Assembly (NCBI GenBank): GCA_965262925.1
Contig: CBDHGC010000004.1
Location: 6,481,112 to 6,545,111 of the forward strand
DNA from: Vicinamibacterales bacterium
GTDB lineage: Bacteria > Acidobacteriota > Vicinamibacteria > Vicinamibacterales > UBA8438
Direction of reading: 5' to 3'
Length of the DNA: 64,000 nucleotides
The notes under the pieces are model-generated. The model did not search any database. It was given only the letters and a program-made list of their open reading frames with translations, and had not been told where the DNA came from. Positions 33,354-44,767 of the stretch are shown here, one piece after another. The translations under genes and the position numbers were made by a program. Position 1 is the stretch's first letter; each line of letters starts with the position of its first letter.

Positions 33354-34484
33354 CTAACGGATCTCCAACATGCGGTCGAGGGCCACGCGGGTCCATTCCT
33401 TCTCGCGCTCCGGGACGACGATCCGGTTGTGGACAACGCCCTCGCGCAGCGCGTCGAGCACCCAGAGCAGGTGGTTGGGCGACACGCGGAACATGGTCGA
33501 GCAGAGGCACCCGATCGGGTCGAGGGTCAGGATGGTGCGCTCGGGGGCGAGCTCGGCCGCCAGCCGGCTGACGAGGTGGATCTCGGTGCCTATCGCCCAG
33601 GTGGATCCGGGCGGGCTGCCGGCGACCTTGTCGATGATGTACTCCGTGGAGCCGCTGTCGTCGGCCGCCTGCACGACGTCCCAGGTGCACTCGGGGTGCA
33701 CGATGACCCGCGCGCCGGGATGGCTGCGCCGCACGTGCTCCACCTGCGGGACGGTGAACCGGGTGTGCACCGAGCAGTGCCCCTTCCACAGGATCATCCG
33801 GGCGTTGCGCAGCGCGTCGGACTCCACCCCACCGTACGGCAGATCCGGATCCCAGACAACCATCTCGTCGAGCGGCACCCCCATCCGCCAGGCGGTGTTG
33901 CGTCCCAGGTGCTGATCGGGCAGGAACAGGATCTGCCGCCCTCGCGCCCACGCCCAGCGCAGCGTCGGCTCGGCGTTGCCCGACGTGCACACCACCCCGC
34001 GCCGCTCGCCGCAGAACGCCTTTATGGACGCCGCCGAGTTGATGTACGTCACCGGAACGACGTCGGTGGCGCCCAGAGCCTGCAGCTCGTCCCAGCAGAC
34101 CTCGAGCTGATCCGCGGCCGCCATGTCCGCCATCGAGCAGCCCGCGGCCAGATCCGGCAGTATCACCTGCTGGTGCGGCGCGCTCAGCACGTCGGCGCTC
34201 TCCGCCATGAAGTGGACGCCGCAGAACACGATGTAGTCCGCGTCGTGCCGGCCGGCCGCCTGCCGCGCCAGCTTGAACGAGTCGCCCGTGCAGTCCGCGA
34301 ACCGGATCACCTCGTCGCGCTGGTAGTGGTGGCCCAGGATCAGCAGGCGCTCGCCGAGGTCCGCGCGGGCCTGCGCGATCCGCTCGGCCATCTCGTCGTC
34401 GGAGAGCCCCAGATAACGGTCCGGCAAAGGCTGCCGCTCTCCGATCTCCGTGTTCTCGAACCGGGTCAGTTGCTCGACGTCCAT
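33354..34484 (-). CDS. nadA: Quinolinate synthase
   Basis: LILGHHYQ, FCGVHFMAE, MILWKGHCSVH, VIVHPEC family blocks. ATG 34484. Confidence 0.88.
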   Translation of the reverse strand: MDVEQLTRFENTEIGERQPLPDRYLGLSDDEMAERIAQARADLGERLLILGHHYQRDEVIRFADCTGDSFKLARQAAGRHDADYIVFCGVHFMAESADVLSAPHQQVILPDLAAGCSMADMAAADQLEVCWDELQALGATDVVPVTYINSAASIKAFCGERRGVVCTSGNAEPTLRWAWARGRQILFLPDQHLGRNTAWRMGVPLDEMVVWDPDLPYGGVESDALRNARMILWKGHCSVHTRFTVPQVEHVRRSHPGARVIVHPECTWDVVQAADDSGSTEYIIDKVAGSPPGSTWAIGTEIHLVSRLAAELAPERTILTLDPIGCLCSTMFRVSPNHLLWVLDALREGVVHNRIVVPEREKEWTRVALDRMLEIR

Positions 34485-34516
34485 CTCCGTGCTCCGTGCT
34501 CGATTTTGCGCTCCAG

Positions 34517-34536
34517 CTTGTGAAATTTTTCTCAAG
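34517..34536. promoter_or_regulatory. 20-bp imperfect palindrome upstream of nadA (box 1)
   Basis: CTTGTGAAATTTTTCTCAAG is self-complementary at 16/20 and lies 33-52 nt upstream of the nadA start. It is part of a ~47-bp direct repeat with 34648-34694. Confidence 0.3.
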
Positions 34537-34647
34537 CCGGCGTCGACAAAAGGCGCCGACCCCATCCCGGGAGTCGACGCCAAGCGTCCTTCTAAGGCCG
34601 CCCGCCGCGTTTCCTGCTGTCAGCTTCGGCAGGTTGCCGCTGTCAAC

Positions 34648-34667
34648 TTTGTGAAAAGTTTCTCAAT
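34648..34667. promoter_or_regulatory. Second copy of the nadA-upstream box (box 2)
   Basis: TTTGTGAAAAGTTTCTCAAT matches box 1 at 16/20. Both copies are followed by CAAAA(A)GGC...CCCC. Confidence 0.3.
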
Positions 34668-34843
34668 CGCAGGTCATCAAAAAGGCCAAGCCCCACTGTG
34701 GAACCTGACGCTGTCTTGAATTTTACCACGCATCCCCACCTGCCCTGTCGGCTCCGGAGTGCGCCGTGCATCATCGCGACCCTCACGGCCCCGGCGGCCA
34801 CCGACGTGCCGGGGAGTGCGAGAGGCGCGCGGCGCGGCGACGC

Positions 34844-35944
34844 TCACGCCGGCTGCGAGACGACGTTGTAGAGGGTGTCGCGCTCGACCGGCTCTCGGCC
34901 GGCGATGCGGATCAGGCGGCTGATCTCCGCCGGGGTCATCGCCTCGGGAGTCGGGGCGCCGGCCATGTGGTAGATGCGCTCTTCCTGCACCGTGCCGTCG
35001 AGGTCGTCGACCCCGAACCAGAGGGAGGTCTGGGCGACGCCGACGCCGGTGGCGATCCAGAACGCCTTGACGTGGGGCACGTTGTCGAGCATCAGGCGGG
35101 CGACGGCGTGGACGCGCAACGTGTCGGCCGCGGTCGGGGCGGGCAGCTTCTCCATCCGGTTGTTGTCGGGATGGAACGCCAGCGGAATGAACGCCTGGAA
35201 GCCGCCGGTCTCGTCCTGCAGGGCGCGGGCGCGCAGCATGTGGTCGACCCGTTCCTCGTCGGTCTCGATGTGGCCGTAGAGCATCGTCACGTTCGAGCGC
35301 ATGCCGAGTCCGTGGGCCAGCCGGTGGATCGCCAGGTAGCGGTCGGCGTCCGCCTTGTCGTGGCAGATCTTGCGGCGGACGCGTTCGGAGAAGACCTCGG
35401 CCCCACCGCCGGGCAGCGAGTCGAGTCCCGCGTCCATCAGGTCGCGGAGTACCTGCTCGTCGGTCATCCCATAGAGCTCGGCGAAGAACGCGATCTCGAT
35501 CGCCGTGAAGCACTTCAGGTGGATGTCGGGCCGGATCCGCTTGAAGCCGCGCAGCAGCTCCAGGTAGTAGTCCCAGGGCAGATCCGGGTGCAGGCCGTTG
35601 ACCACATGCACCTCGGTCAGGGGCCGGTCGGCCCGCTCGCGCAGCTTGCCCCAGGCCTGCTCGTGGCTCATGGTGTACGCGCCCACGTCGCCCGGCTGCA
35701 GGCGGGCGAACGCGCAGAACAGGCAGCTCGCGACGCACACGTTGGTCGCTTCGAGGCGGATGTTGTGGTTGAAGAACGTGCGGTCGCCGTGTCGTTTCTC
35801 GCGCTCCCGGTTGGCCAACCACCCGACCGCCAGCAGGTCCGGAGCGTCGAACAACCGGATCCCGTCATCGAGGTCGAGGCGGATGCCGCCGTCCAGCTTG
35901 TCGGCGACGTCCCGCAGCCCCACCGAGGCAATCCGCGCGTACAT
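34844..35944 (-). CDS. Radical-SAM menaquinone (futalosine pathway) enzyme, MqnE/MqnC family
   Basis: CVASCLFCAF radical-SAM cluster motif and CofH/MqnC-like length (366 aa). Adjacent to mqnD. Confidence 0.8.
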   Translation of the reverse strand: MYARIASVGLRDVADKLDGGIRLDLDDGIRLFDAPDLLAVGWLANREREKRHGDRTFFNHNIRLEATNVCVASCLFCAFARLQPGDVGAYTMSHEQAWGKLRERADRPLTEVHVVNGLHPDLPWDYYLELLRGFKRIRPDIHLKCFTAIEIAFFAELYGMTDEQVLRDLMDAGLDSLPGGGAEVFSERVRRKICHDKADADRYLAIHRLAHGLGMRSNVTMLYGHIETDEERVDHMLRARALQDETGGFQAFIPLAFHPDNNRMEKLPAPTAADTLRVHAVARLMLDNVPHVKAFWIATGVGVAQTSLWFGVDDLDGTVQEERIYHMAGAPTPEAMTPAEISRLIRIAGREPVERDTLYNVVSQPA

Positions 35945-35965
35945 GGCTCCCCCTGCGCCCTCCCG

Positions 35966-36793
35966 TCAGTCGACGAACTCGACCGGCACGGGTGCAGGAA
36001 TCACCTTTCGATCGTAGGCGTCGGCGAACAGGCGCTCCACCGCGGCGCGTCCCCGATCTCCGTAGTCGAGAGTCAGACCGTTCACGTACATGCCGACGAA
36101 GCGGTCGGTCCGTTCGACGTCGAGGCCCCGGCCGAAGTCGAGCGCGTATTCGATCGCGGCCTCGCGGTGATCGAGCGCGTGCGCGATGCTCGCCCGCAGC
36201 AGGCGCGACACCTCGCGCATCGGGCCGGCCCCGAGATCGCGCCGGATGACGTTGCACCCGAGCGGTAGCGGCAGACCTGCGGTCCGGTCGGCCCACCAGA
36301 CGCCGAGGTCGACCAGGCACCGCAGCCCATCGTCGCCGTAGGTCAACTGCCCTTCGTGGATCAGCAGTCCTGCCTCCACCGTGCCGTCGACGACCGCGGG
36401 CTGAATCTCGTCGAACGGCATCACGCGGTAGGCGACGCCGGGATGGAACAGTTGCAGCGCGAGATACGCCGTCGTCAGCTCGCCCGGAATGGCAACCGTC
36501 ACGCCGTCGAGCGAGCGCGGGCCATCCGCCTGCGTCACCACGATCGGCCCGTAGCGATCACCCATGCTGGCGCCGTGCGGCAACAGGGCATAGCGGTCGA
36601 GGAGGTGGGCGTAGGCGTGAAACGAGACCGCGGTCACCTCGTAGCGCCCCTCGAAAGCCGCGCGGTTCAGGCTCTCGATGTCGGCCAGCACCTGATCGAT
36701 TTCGAACCCGTCCGCGGCCACCGCGCCGCAGGCGAAGCCGTAGAACATGAACGCGTCGTCCGAGTCGGGACTGTGAGCAACCGTGATACGCAT
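35966..36793 (-). CDS. mqnD: 1,4-dihydroxy-6-naphthoate synthase
   Basis: MRITVAHSPDSDDAFMFYGF...VTAVSFHAYA...GPIVV closely follows the MqnD N-terminal pattern. An alternative start lies at 36838. Confidence 0.8.
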   Translation of the reverse strand: MRITVAHSPDSDDAFMFYGFACGAVAADGFEIDQVLADIESLNRAAFEGRYEVTAVSFHAYAHLLDRYALLPHGASMGDRYGPIVVTQADGPRSLDGVTVAIPGELTTAYLALQLFHPGVAYRVMPFDEIQPAVVDGTVEAGLLIHEGQLTYGDDGLRCLVDLGVWWADRTAGLPLPLGCNVIRRDLGAGPMREVSRLLRASIAHALDHREAAIEYALDFGRGLDVERTDRFVGMYVNGLTLDYGDRGRAAVERLFADAYDRKVIPAPVPVEFVD

Positions 36794-36824
36794 GAGAGAT
36801 GAAAGGGAATGCCGCGCGCCGGGC

Positions 36825-37319
36825 TCAGGCGTCGTCATCCTCGGATACGGCGTAAGGCGTCGCGGTCTGTCGCACGACGATGGTCATGCCGAACAGCACG
36901 ATGACGCCGGCCGCCGCGAGCGCCAGATAGCCGCCGGGCGCCATCGTGGGGTCCGGCAACGCGACGGCGGTCCGGCTGCCCTGCACGATCGCGCGCGCCT
37001 GCGACTGCGCCCAGACCTGATCGGCGGTCGTCCGCTCCATCCACTGCTCGCTGACCAGGATGACCCCGAACGCCGCCAGGCCGACCAGCAGTAGCGGATG
37101 GCGAGAGTTCTTGCGGGTGATCACGCTCAGGATGGCCAGGACGGCGGCCAGAATCCCGAGCCCGAGGACCCATAGCCCGGCGATGTTCGGGAAGCCTCCG
37201 AGACCGCGCCCGCCGACGAGCATCCACGGCATGAAGGCGCTTCCCGCCAGCACCAGCCCGGCGGTGAGAGGGAGGTAGTACGCGCGCATGCTGTGCGAGA
37301 GAACGCCGGCCGCAGCCAT
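36825..37319 (-). CDS. Small integral membrane protein, unknown function
   Basis: 164 aa with 4-5 hydrophobic helices. Confidence 0.55.
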   Translation of the reverse strand: MAAAGVLSHSMRAYYLPLTAGLVLAGSAFMPWMLVGGRGLGGFPNIAGLWVLGLGILAAVLAILSVITRKNSRHPLLLVGLAAFGVILVSEQWMERTTADQVWAQSQARAIVQGSRTAVALPDPTMAPGGYLALAAAGVIVLFGMTIVVRQTATPYAVSEDDDA

Positions 37320-37349
37320 CGTCGGAGTCTAGCACGGCGCCGCGGCAGC

Positions 37350-38888
<1,539 letters not shown>

Positions 38889-38939
38889 GACCGAGCAACG
38901 GCGGTGGACAGCAGACCCGCGACGGCGTCCGGCCCCCGG

Positions 38940-39263
38940 CTACACGTCGAACGACAATCCGCACCCGCACTCGCTCTTGGCGTTCGGGTTGCGGAAGATC
39001 AACGACTGCCCGAGCATGGACGCATCGCAGTCGAGGACGGTGCCGCACAGGTACTTGTAGCTCTTCGGGTCGACGAAGATCTTCATCTCGTCGCCCTCGA
39101 AGACCTCGTCGTCCGGCCGGGGCTCCGTCTCCCACCGGAACACGTAGCTGAAGCCGGAGCACCCGCCCGCCTTGACGCCGACCCGCAGCCCACCGTCGGC
39201 CACGCCGTCGCTCGCCATCGCCTCGCGGATCCGCTTTGCCGCCGCTGCAGTGACCTCAATCAT
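38940..39263 (-). CDS. A-type Fe-S cluster carrier (IscA/HesB/ErpA family)
   Basis: GGCSGFSY ... CGCGLSFDV conserved cysteines. 107 aa. Confidence 0.9.
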   Translation of the reverse strand: MIEVTAAAAKRIREAMASDGVADGGLRVGVKAGGCSGFSYVFRWETEPRPDDEVFEGDEMKIFVDPKSYKYLCGTVLDCDASMLGQSLIFRNPNAKSECGCGLSFDV

Positions 39264-39302
39264 CGTCGGGCACTCCAGTGTACCCGATTGCCCGCGGCGG
39301 CG

Positions 39303-40472
39303 TCAGGCGGCGTACGGCGACAACTGACGGAGGCGGACGACCAGGCTGGCCACCTTGTCGACCGCGTAGTCGACATCCTCCTGCGTCGTCGTGCGCCCGA
39401 GACCGAAGCGGATGGAGGCATGGGCCAGCTCGTCGCCGACCCCGATGGCGTTCAGCACGTGCGACGGCTCCGGGTTCACCGACGTGCAGGCCGCCCCCGA
39501 GGAGACGGCCACGTCGTCGAGTCCCACGAGCAGCGACTCGCCCTCGATGCCCTCGAAGCTCACGTTGAGGTTGTGCGGCAGGCGCGCGGCCAGCGACCCG
39601 TTGACGCTCACGCCGTCCAGGCGCTCGCGCAACCCCGCCAGCAGCCGGTCGCGCAGCCGTCCCACGCGGGCGCCCTCCGCCTCCAGATCGGCCCGGCAGA
39701 TCGCGGCCGCGGCGCCGAAGCCGACGATGCCCGGCACGTTCAGCGTCCCCGAGCGCAAGCCCTGCTCGTGTCCCCCGCCGTCGACGAGCGGAACGATTGC
39801 CAGGCGCGGTCGGCGGCGCCGGACGTACAGTGCGCCGATCCCCTTCGGGCCGCACATCTTGTGCGCCGTCAGCGACAGCAGGTCCACGCCGAGCTCGTCG
39901 ACGTCGACCGGCACCTTTCCGACCGCCTGCGCCGCGTCGGTGTGCAGCACGATGCCGCGCGGCCGCGTCAGCTCGGCTATCCGCGCCACCGGCTGGAGGA
40001 CCCCAATCTCGTTGTTGGCGGCCATCACCGACACGAGGCGGGTGTGGGGCCGCAGCGCGCGCTCGACGTCGGCCGCGTCGCACAGCCCGTCCGGCCGGGG
40101 CGCGACGCGCGTCACCTCGACGCCCTCGCTTTCGAGCCGGCGGCACGGATCGAGCACCGCGTGATGCTCGGTGGTCATCGTCACGACGTGCAGCGGCCGG
40201 CGCGGATCCGCCGCCACCACGCCCCGCACCGCGAGATTGTCGGACTCGGTGGCACCGCTCGTGAAGCAAATCTCGCGCGGGTCGGCGCCGATCAGCTCGG
40301 CGACCTGCCGGCGCGCCGCCGCCACCGCGTCGCGGGCGGTCCAGCCGAACGCGTGGTGGCGACTCGACGCGTTCCCGAAACGCTCGGAGAAGAACGGCAG
40401 CATCGCCTCGACCACCCGGGGGTCGACGGGCGTCGTCGCGTGGTGATCCAGGTAGATGGGCAACTCGGGCAT
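39303..40472 (-). CDS. Cysteine desulfurase (IscS/NifS class)
   Basis: [32 protein letters not shown] (PLP lysine) and SSGAACTS (active-site Cys) motifs. An alternative GTG start lies at 40511. Confidence 0.9.
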   Translation of the reverse strand: MPELPIYLDHHATTPVDPRVVEAMLPFFSERFGNASSRHHAFGWTARDAVAAARRQVAELIGADPREICFTSGATESDNLAVRGVVAADPRRPLHVVTMTTEHHAVLDPCRRLESEGVEVTRVAPRPDGLCDAADVERALRPHTRLVSVMAANNEIGVLQPVARIAELTRPRGIVLHTDAAQAVGKVPVDVDELGVDLLSLTAHKMCGPKGIGALYVRRRRPRLAIVPLVDGGGHEQGLRSGTLNVPGIVGFGAAAAICRADLEAEGARVGRLRDRLLAGLRERLDGVSVNGSLAARLPHNLNVSFEGIEGESLLVGLDDVAVSSGAACTSVNPEPSHVLNAIGVGDELAHASIRFGLGRTTTQEDVDYAVDKVASLVVRLRQLSPYAA

Positions 40473-40587
40473 GGCGCGTTTCGCTTCGGGTTTCCGGAGA
40501 GCCGGCGGCACCGGATCCCGCGGTAGGAGACGGAATCTAGCCCGAAAACCGTCGCCTGCGGCTCCGATTTCCGCCCAACCGGGCCTG

Positions 40588-40620
40588 TCTAGGAGTCTGC
40601 GCCGTTTCTACGGCGCAGAC
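40588..40620. promoter_or_regulatory. Repeated box TCTAGGAGTCTGCGCCGT plus 11-bp-stem hairpin between the Rrf2 and desulfurase genes
   Basis: The box at 40588-40605 recurs at 41144-41161 (one mismatch). Hairpin GTCTGCGCCGT-TTCT-ACGGCGCAGAC lies at 40595-40620, immediately after the Rrf2 stop. Confidence 0.35.
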
Positions 40621-40622
40621 GC

Positions 40623-41108
40623 CTAGCGACCGGCCGCGGCCGGCGTGGAGAACGCGGACTCGGCGGGCCGGCGCGCCACGGTGAGCGGCAACGGCTCGGA
40701 CCCGTCGTCGCTGACCAGCTCGTCGACCGTGAAGGCAGCCAGCGACTGCACGATGCGATCCTTGAGCCGCCAGAGGGGATCGCGCACATTGCATTTGGCG
40801 TACTGCTCGCAGCTCTCGTCCTCGTCCGAGCAGGCGGTCACCAGGACCGGCCCGTCGATCGCCTGGATCACGTCGGCGACCGAGATCAGGGTCGCATCGC
40901 GCGCGAGCTGGTAGCCGCCGCGCGTCCCTTGGTGCGAGGCGACCATCCCCATCCGGACGAGCCGCTGCAGCACCTTGGCCATCAACTCGACCGGGATGTC
41001 GTAGCGGCCGGCGATCTCGCGGGCGTTGGAAGAGCTTCCGGGAGGACCCGACGCGAGATCCTTCAGTGCGATGAGCGCGTAGTCGGCCTTCTTCGAGAAT
41101 CGCAGCAT
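40623..41108 (-). CDS. Rrf2-family transcriptional regulator (IscR-like)
   Basis: MLRFSKKADYALIAL...RGGYQLAR wHTH. Cysteines are CSDEDESCEQYAKC. Confidence 0.88.
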   Translation of the reverse strand: MLRFSKKADYALIALKDLASGPPGSSSNAREIAGRYDIPVELMAKVLQRLVRMGMVASHQGTRGGYQLARDATLISVADVIQAIDGPVLVTACSDEDESCEQYAKCNVRDPLWRLKDRIVQSLAAFTVDELVSDDGSEPLPLTVARRPAESAFSTPAAAGR

Positions 41109-41143
41109 CGGGAACCCGCCGCGGACGGAGAGCTACCGGTCAT

Positions 41144-41161
41144 TCTAGGAGCCTGCGCCGT
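41144..41161. promoter_or_regulatory. Second copy of the box TCTAGGAGCCTGCGCCGT, upstream of the Rrf2 gene
   Basis: Lies 36-53 nt upstream of the regulator start. 17/18 identical to 40588-40605. Confidence 0.35.
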
Positions 41162-41321
41162 AGAACGCAACGGAGTGAGTTCCGCGGCGCAAGCTCCTGG
41201 GGCGGTGGGGGCTGGGGCCAAACACGGAGCCCTGCGACGCGTTTGGCGGCGCTAGATCGCGCCGGCCGGTGCGCCAAACCGGGCGCAAAGAAGGACCGAC
41301 GCTGTAGTACTGTCGGCCGGC

Positions 41322-41738
41322 ATGGACGTCGAACGGCACCTTCTTGCCTTGCGCCAATCGGTCGCCGCGCTGCGCCGGCACGGCGACCTGTCCTCGCTGA
41401 GGCTTCTCTTCGACGCCAGCCGCCGCAGGTCCGTCGAACGCGGCCTGCAGCTCTGCGCCCGGAGCATCTTCGAGCTGAGTCGCCGGATCGGTCCCGCCGC
41501 CGGCCGCAATCCGGCGGTCTACCGGTCGTCCATCGAGTGCCTCGTCGCCTCGAAGGTACTGCCGCCGGACCTCGGCGAGCGGCTCGGGACCTTCGCCGCC
41601 GTGGGGGATGCGTTCGGAAGCGGCAGGGCCAGACTCGGCCGCAAGGAGATGGCCCGGGTGCTGGCCGAGCACCTCGACGACTTCGACGAGCTGGCAGACC
41701 ACGTCGAGCGGTGGCGCACGGAGCGCCGCACTCAGTGA
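41322..41738 (+). CDS. DUF86/HepT-like (HEPN) protein, apparently degenerate and without an MNT partner
   Basis: Length and helical layout resemble DUF86 (LRRHGDL...GLQLCARSIFEL...VLPPDLGERLGTF...LDDFDEL). At the expected R-x4-6-H position the sequence reads VGDAFGSGRARLGRKEM. Confidence 0.45.
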   Translation: MDVERHLLALRQSVAALRRHGDLSSLRLLFDASRRRSVERGLQLCARSIFELSRRIGPAAGRNPAVYRSSIECLVASKVLPPDLGERLGTFAAVGDAFGSGRARLGRKEMARVLAEHLDDFDELADHVERWRTERRTQ

Positions 41739-44735
41739 TCGTGCTGCCGCAGATAGGCCAGCAGGTCCGCGAGACCGTCCGCGTCGAGCCCCTGCTCGAG
41801 TCCGTCCGGCATCAGGGACAGACCTTCCGCCCGCAGCTCGCGGATGCGGCTGCGCGGCACCGTGTCGGTCTCGCCGTTCGCCCGCGACAGCGTGACCGCG
41901 GCGTCGGTCTCGGCGGCGAGGATTCCGTTGAGCAGCTCGCCCTGCTCCGTCTCGACCAAGTAGTTGGCGTACTCGGGCGCAAACGCCGCGCTCGGATCCA
42001 GGATCGAGGTCAGCAGATCCTCCTCCCCCCGGAAGAACGACATGTCGAGACTCGGACCGACCGGATGGCCGGCGCCGCGGAACCGGTGGCACTGGGCGCA
42101 GAGGTTCCGAAAGTGCGCTTCGCCGCGCTCGGCGCTGCCCCGTCCGCCGACCACCTGCGGCAACCACTCGTCGACTACCGCCTGCCGGTTGCCGAATTCG
42201 TGGTCGGTGAAGAAGGCGGCGGCCCGGGTCTGCACGTCCTCGCTGGAGCGGCGCAGCAACCGGCGGCGCTGTCCGAAGTCGAGATCCAGCTCGCCAGCGG
42301 TCAGATCGCCGTTCTCCAACGCCTCGATCAGGAGCACGTGGAACGGCTGGTTCCCCAGCAGCATCTCGATCACGATCTCCTTGACCGCCGGCCCGTAGCG
42401 GCGCCAGCGAACCAGCGACTCGGTACCGCGCGCGGGGTCGTCCAGACCGGCCACGGCGCGGGCCGCTTCGACCTGGACCGCCGGCGGCGCCTGCGGCTCC
42501 ATCAGCGCCAGCAGCGTGTCGCCGACCTGTGCGTAGGAGCCCAGGCCAAGCAGTGCGATCTCCGCGGTACGGGCCTCGACCGCCAACGCCTCGTCCAGGG
42601 CGCGGCCGCGGGCGCGGGCGATCGCCCGGTCCACCGTGGCGAGATCCGTCGTTCCGGCGGCGGAGACGACCCGTAGCGCAGCCCTGACGATCCCGGTGTG
42701 GTCCGAATCGAGAAGTCGCGAGACACTGCGCGCTGCCCGGGCGGCGGCGGCCGGCTCCGGATTGGCCCGCTCCAAACCGTCCGCGAGCCCGTCGAGCAGC
42801 GCTGCCCGCGCCGCGTCCCCCAGGGTCGGCCGGACAGCCAGACCGACCAGGCCGCGGAGTTCCTCCGCACCGCCGGCGGCAACCGCCATCGCCGCGAGAT
42901 GACGCACGGCGTCCAGCAGTCCGGCCGTGTGATCGGGCGGGCGCAAGCGGCTATCCGAACCGAGCAGCCCGTCGAGCACCTCCGCGTGGTCCTCTTCGAT
43001 GCCGGCCAGCACCGCGTAGCGCGTCCAGTCGTGGTGCGCGTCCTCCCGGAGAACCCACTGCAGCGCTTCTCTCGCCTGCGTCGTGTTCACGCCGGCCAGC
43101 GCCAACGCAGCCTGCATTCGGACGCGCGCGTCCGAATGCAGGCCAGTTGCGTGACCAGGTCGACAACGCTCGGATCGTCCGGGTAGTCCGCGGCCAGCAC
43201 CGCGGCGTTCTCGCGCGCCCCGCTCGGCCCCGGCTGCACGGCCAAACGGAGATCGCCCACCTCCAGCGCATCCAATCCCCGTAGCGTCCAGAGGGCGTGC
43301 AGCCGCGCGAGCGGGTCCCGGCTGTCGCGGAACACGTAACGCAGCGGCGGCACGGCGGCCGCATCGCCCCGCTCCACCAGGATGCGTTGCGCCGTGTCGC
43401 GCCACCACTTGTTGGGACGGGCCAGGCCGTCGATCAGCGCCGGCACGCCGGCGTCGGCCAGCTCCGGGCGCACCGTGGGCAATCCCTCGTGGGGGACGAT
43501 CCGGTAGATCCGCCCCTTGTCGTCGCCGGCCCGCAGGTCGAGCGTCTCTTCGACCGTGTCCGGAATCCACTCCGGGTGCTCGATGACCGCCCGGTGCATG
43601 TCGACGACGTAGAGCGCCCCTTCGGGTCCGGTCGCCACGGTGACCGGCCGGAACCAGTTGTCCCGCCCCGCCAGCAGCTCTGCCCCGTCGACCCGGCGGC
43701 TCGCCGTGAAGCTGGGCCCGTCCGGCGTCAGCACGTCCTGGTGCACGACGTTGACGACCACGTCGTTCACGAGGAGGCTGCCCTCGTACGCTTCCGGCAG
43801 GGCGCCGCCGCCGTAGTACGCGATCCCGGATCCGCCCGAGAAGTGCCCGGACTGATCCGGGTTGTTGACGCGGGTCTGCGCATCGGACACCTGGAAGAGT
43901 TGCGCCGAGCGGCCGTGGTCCGAGATCGTGTCGCGCGTCGTCGGCAGCGCCAGCCCCGGGTTGCTCCGCAGCCGGCGGATCGGGAACACCATGTGCTGGA
44001 CGTGGTTGACGTTGTGGGTACCGAACATCCGACCCCAGGCGTCGAACGCGATGCCGTGTCCTCCGGTGGTCTCGTACGACGTCTCCAGCTCCCCGGTGTC
44101 GGGCCGGAAGCGGAAGTCGGCGCCGCGGATCGAGACCGCCGCCCCGGGCCGGCCGGCCGGATGGCCGCTGCCGTGGTTGCCCCCGTTGGCCGCGTAGACC
44201 CAGTTGTCGATGCCCCAAGTGAGGCCGTTGATGTTGTGCTGCGTGTTGGCGACCGGGAAGCCGGTGAAGAGCACCTCGCGCAGGTCGGCCACCCCGTCGC
44301 CGTCGGGGTCGCGCAGGTGGACGACGTCGGGCGGTGCGGTCACCAGCACGCCGTCCCGTCGCGCCAGGGCAGGACCGACGTCGGGTAGGGCAGCCCGTCG
44401 GCGAAGAGCGTCCAGGTCTCGTAGTAGCCGTCGCGGTCCGCGTCGACCAGCCGCTTGACGCGGCCTCGCGGCGGCGATCCCTCCGGCCGCTGCGGGTAGC
44501 CGCCCATCTCCACGACGAACATCCGGCCGTCGGCGTCGAAGGCGACGCCCACCGGATCGACGACGGCGGGCTCGCTGGCCGCCAGCTCGAGCCGGAGGTC
44601 GTCCGGAAGCTGCGCCGTCGCGATGAACTCGTCTGGATCCAGCGACACGCCCCGGACGTCGCCGTGCAGGCACCCCGAGACGGCCAGGACGAGCGCGAGA
44701 AAGCCGGCCGACCGACCGAGCATGATGGTTCGCAT
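41732..44735 (-). pseudogene. Membrane-bound-dehydrogenase-domain / HEAT-repeat / cytochrome c protein, interrupted by two frameshifts
   Basis: One homologous protein is spread over three frames. Signal peptide and beta-propeller start run 44735-44345, the propeller 44350-43145, and HEAT repeats plus CAQCH haem motif 43145-41732. The shifts lie at ~44352 (WRDG|VLVTAPP) and ~43145 (VTQLA|LHSDARV). Confidence 0.65.
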
Positions 44736-44767
44736 ACGTCTGCTCCGGCGGAGGACGCCCGGTCGCC

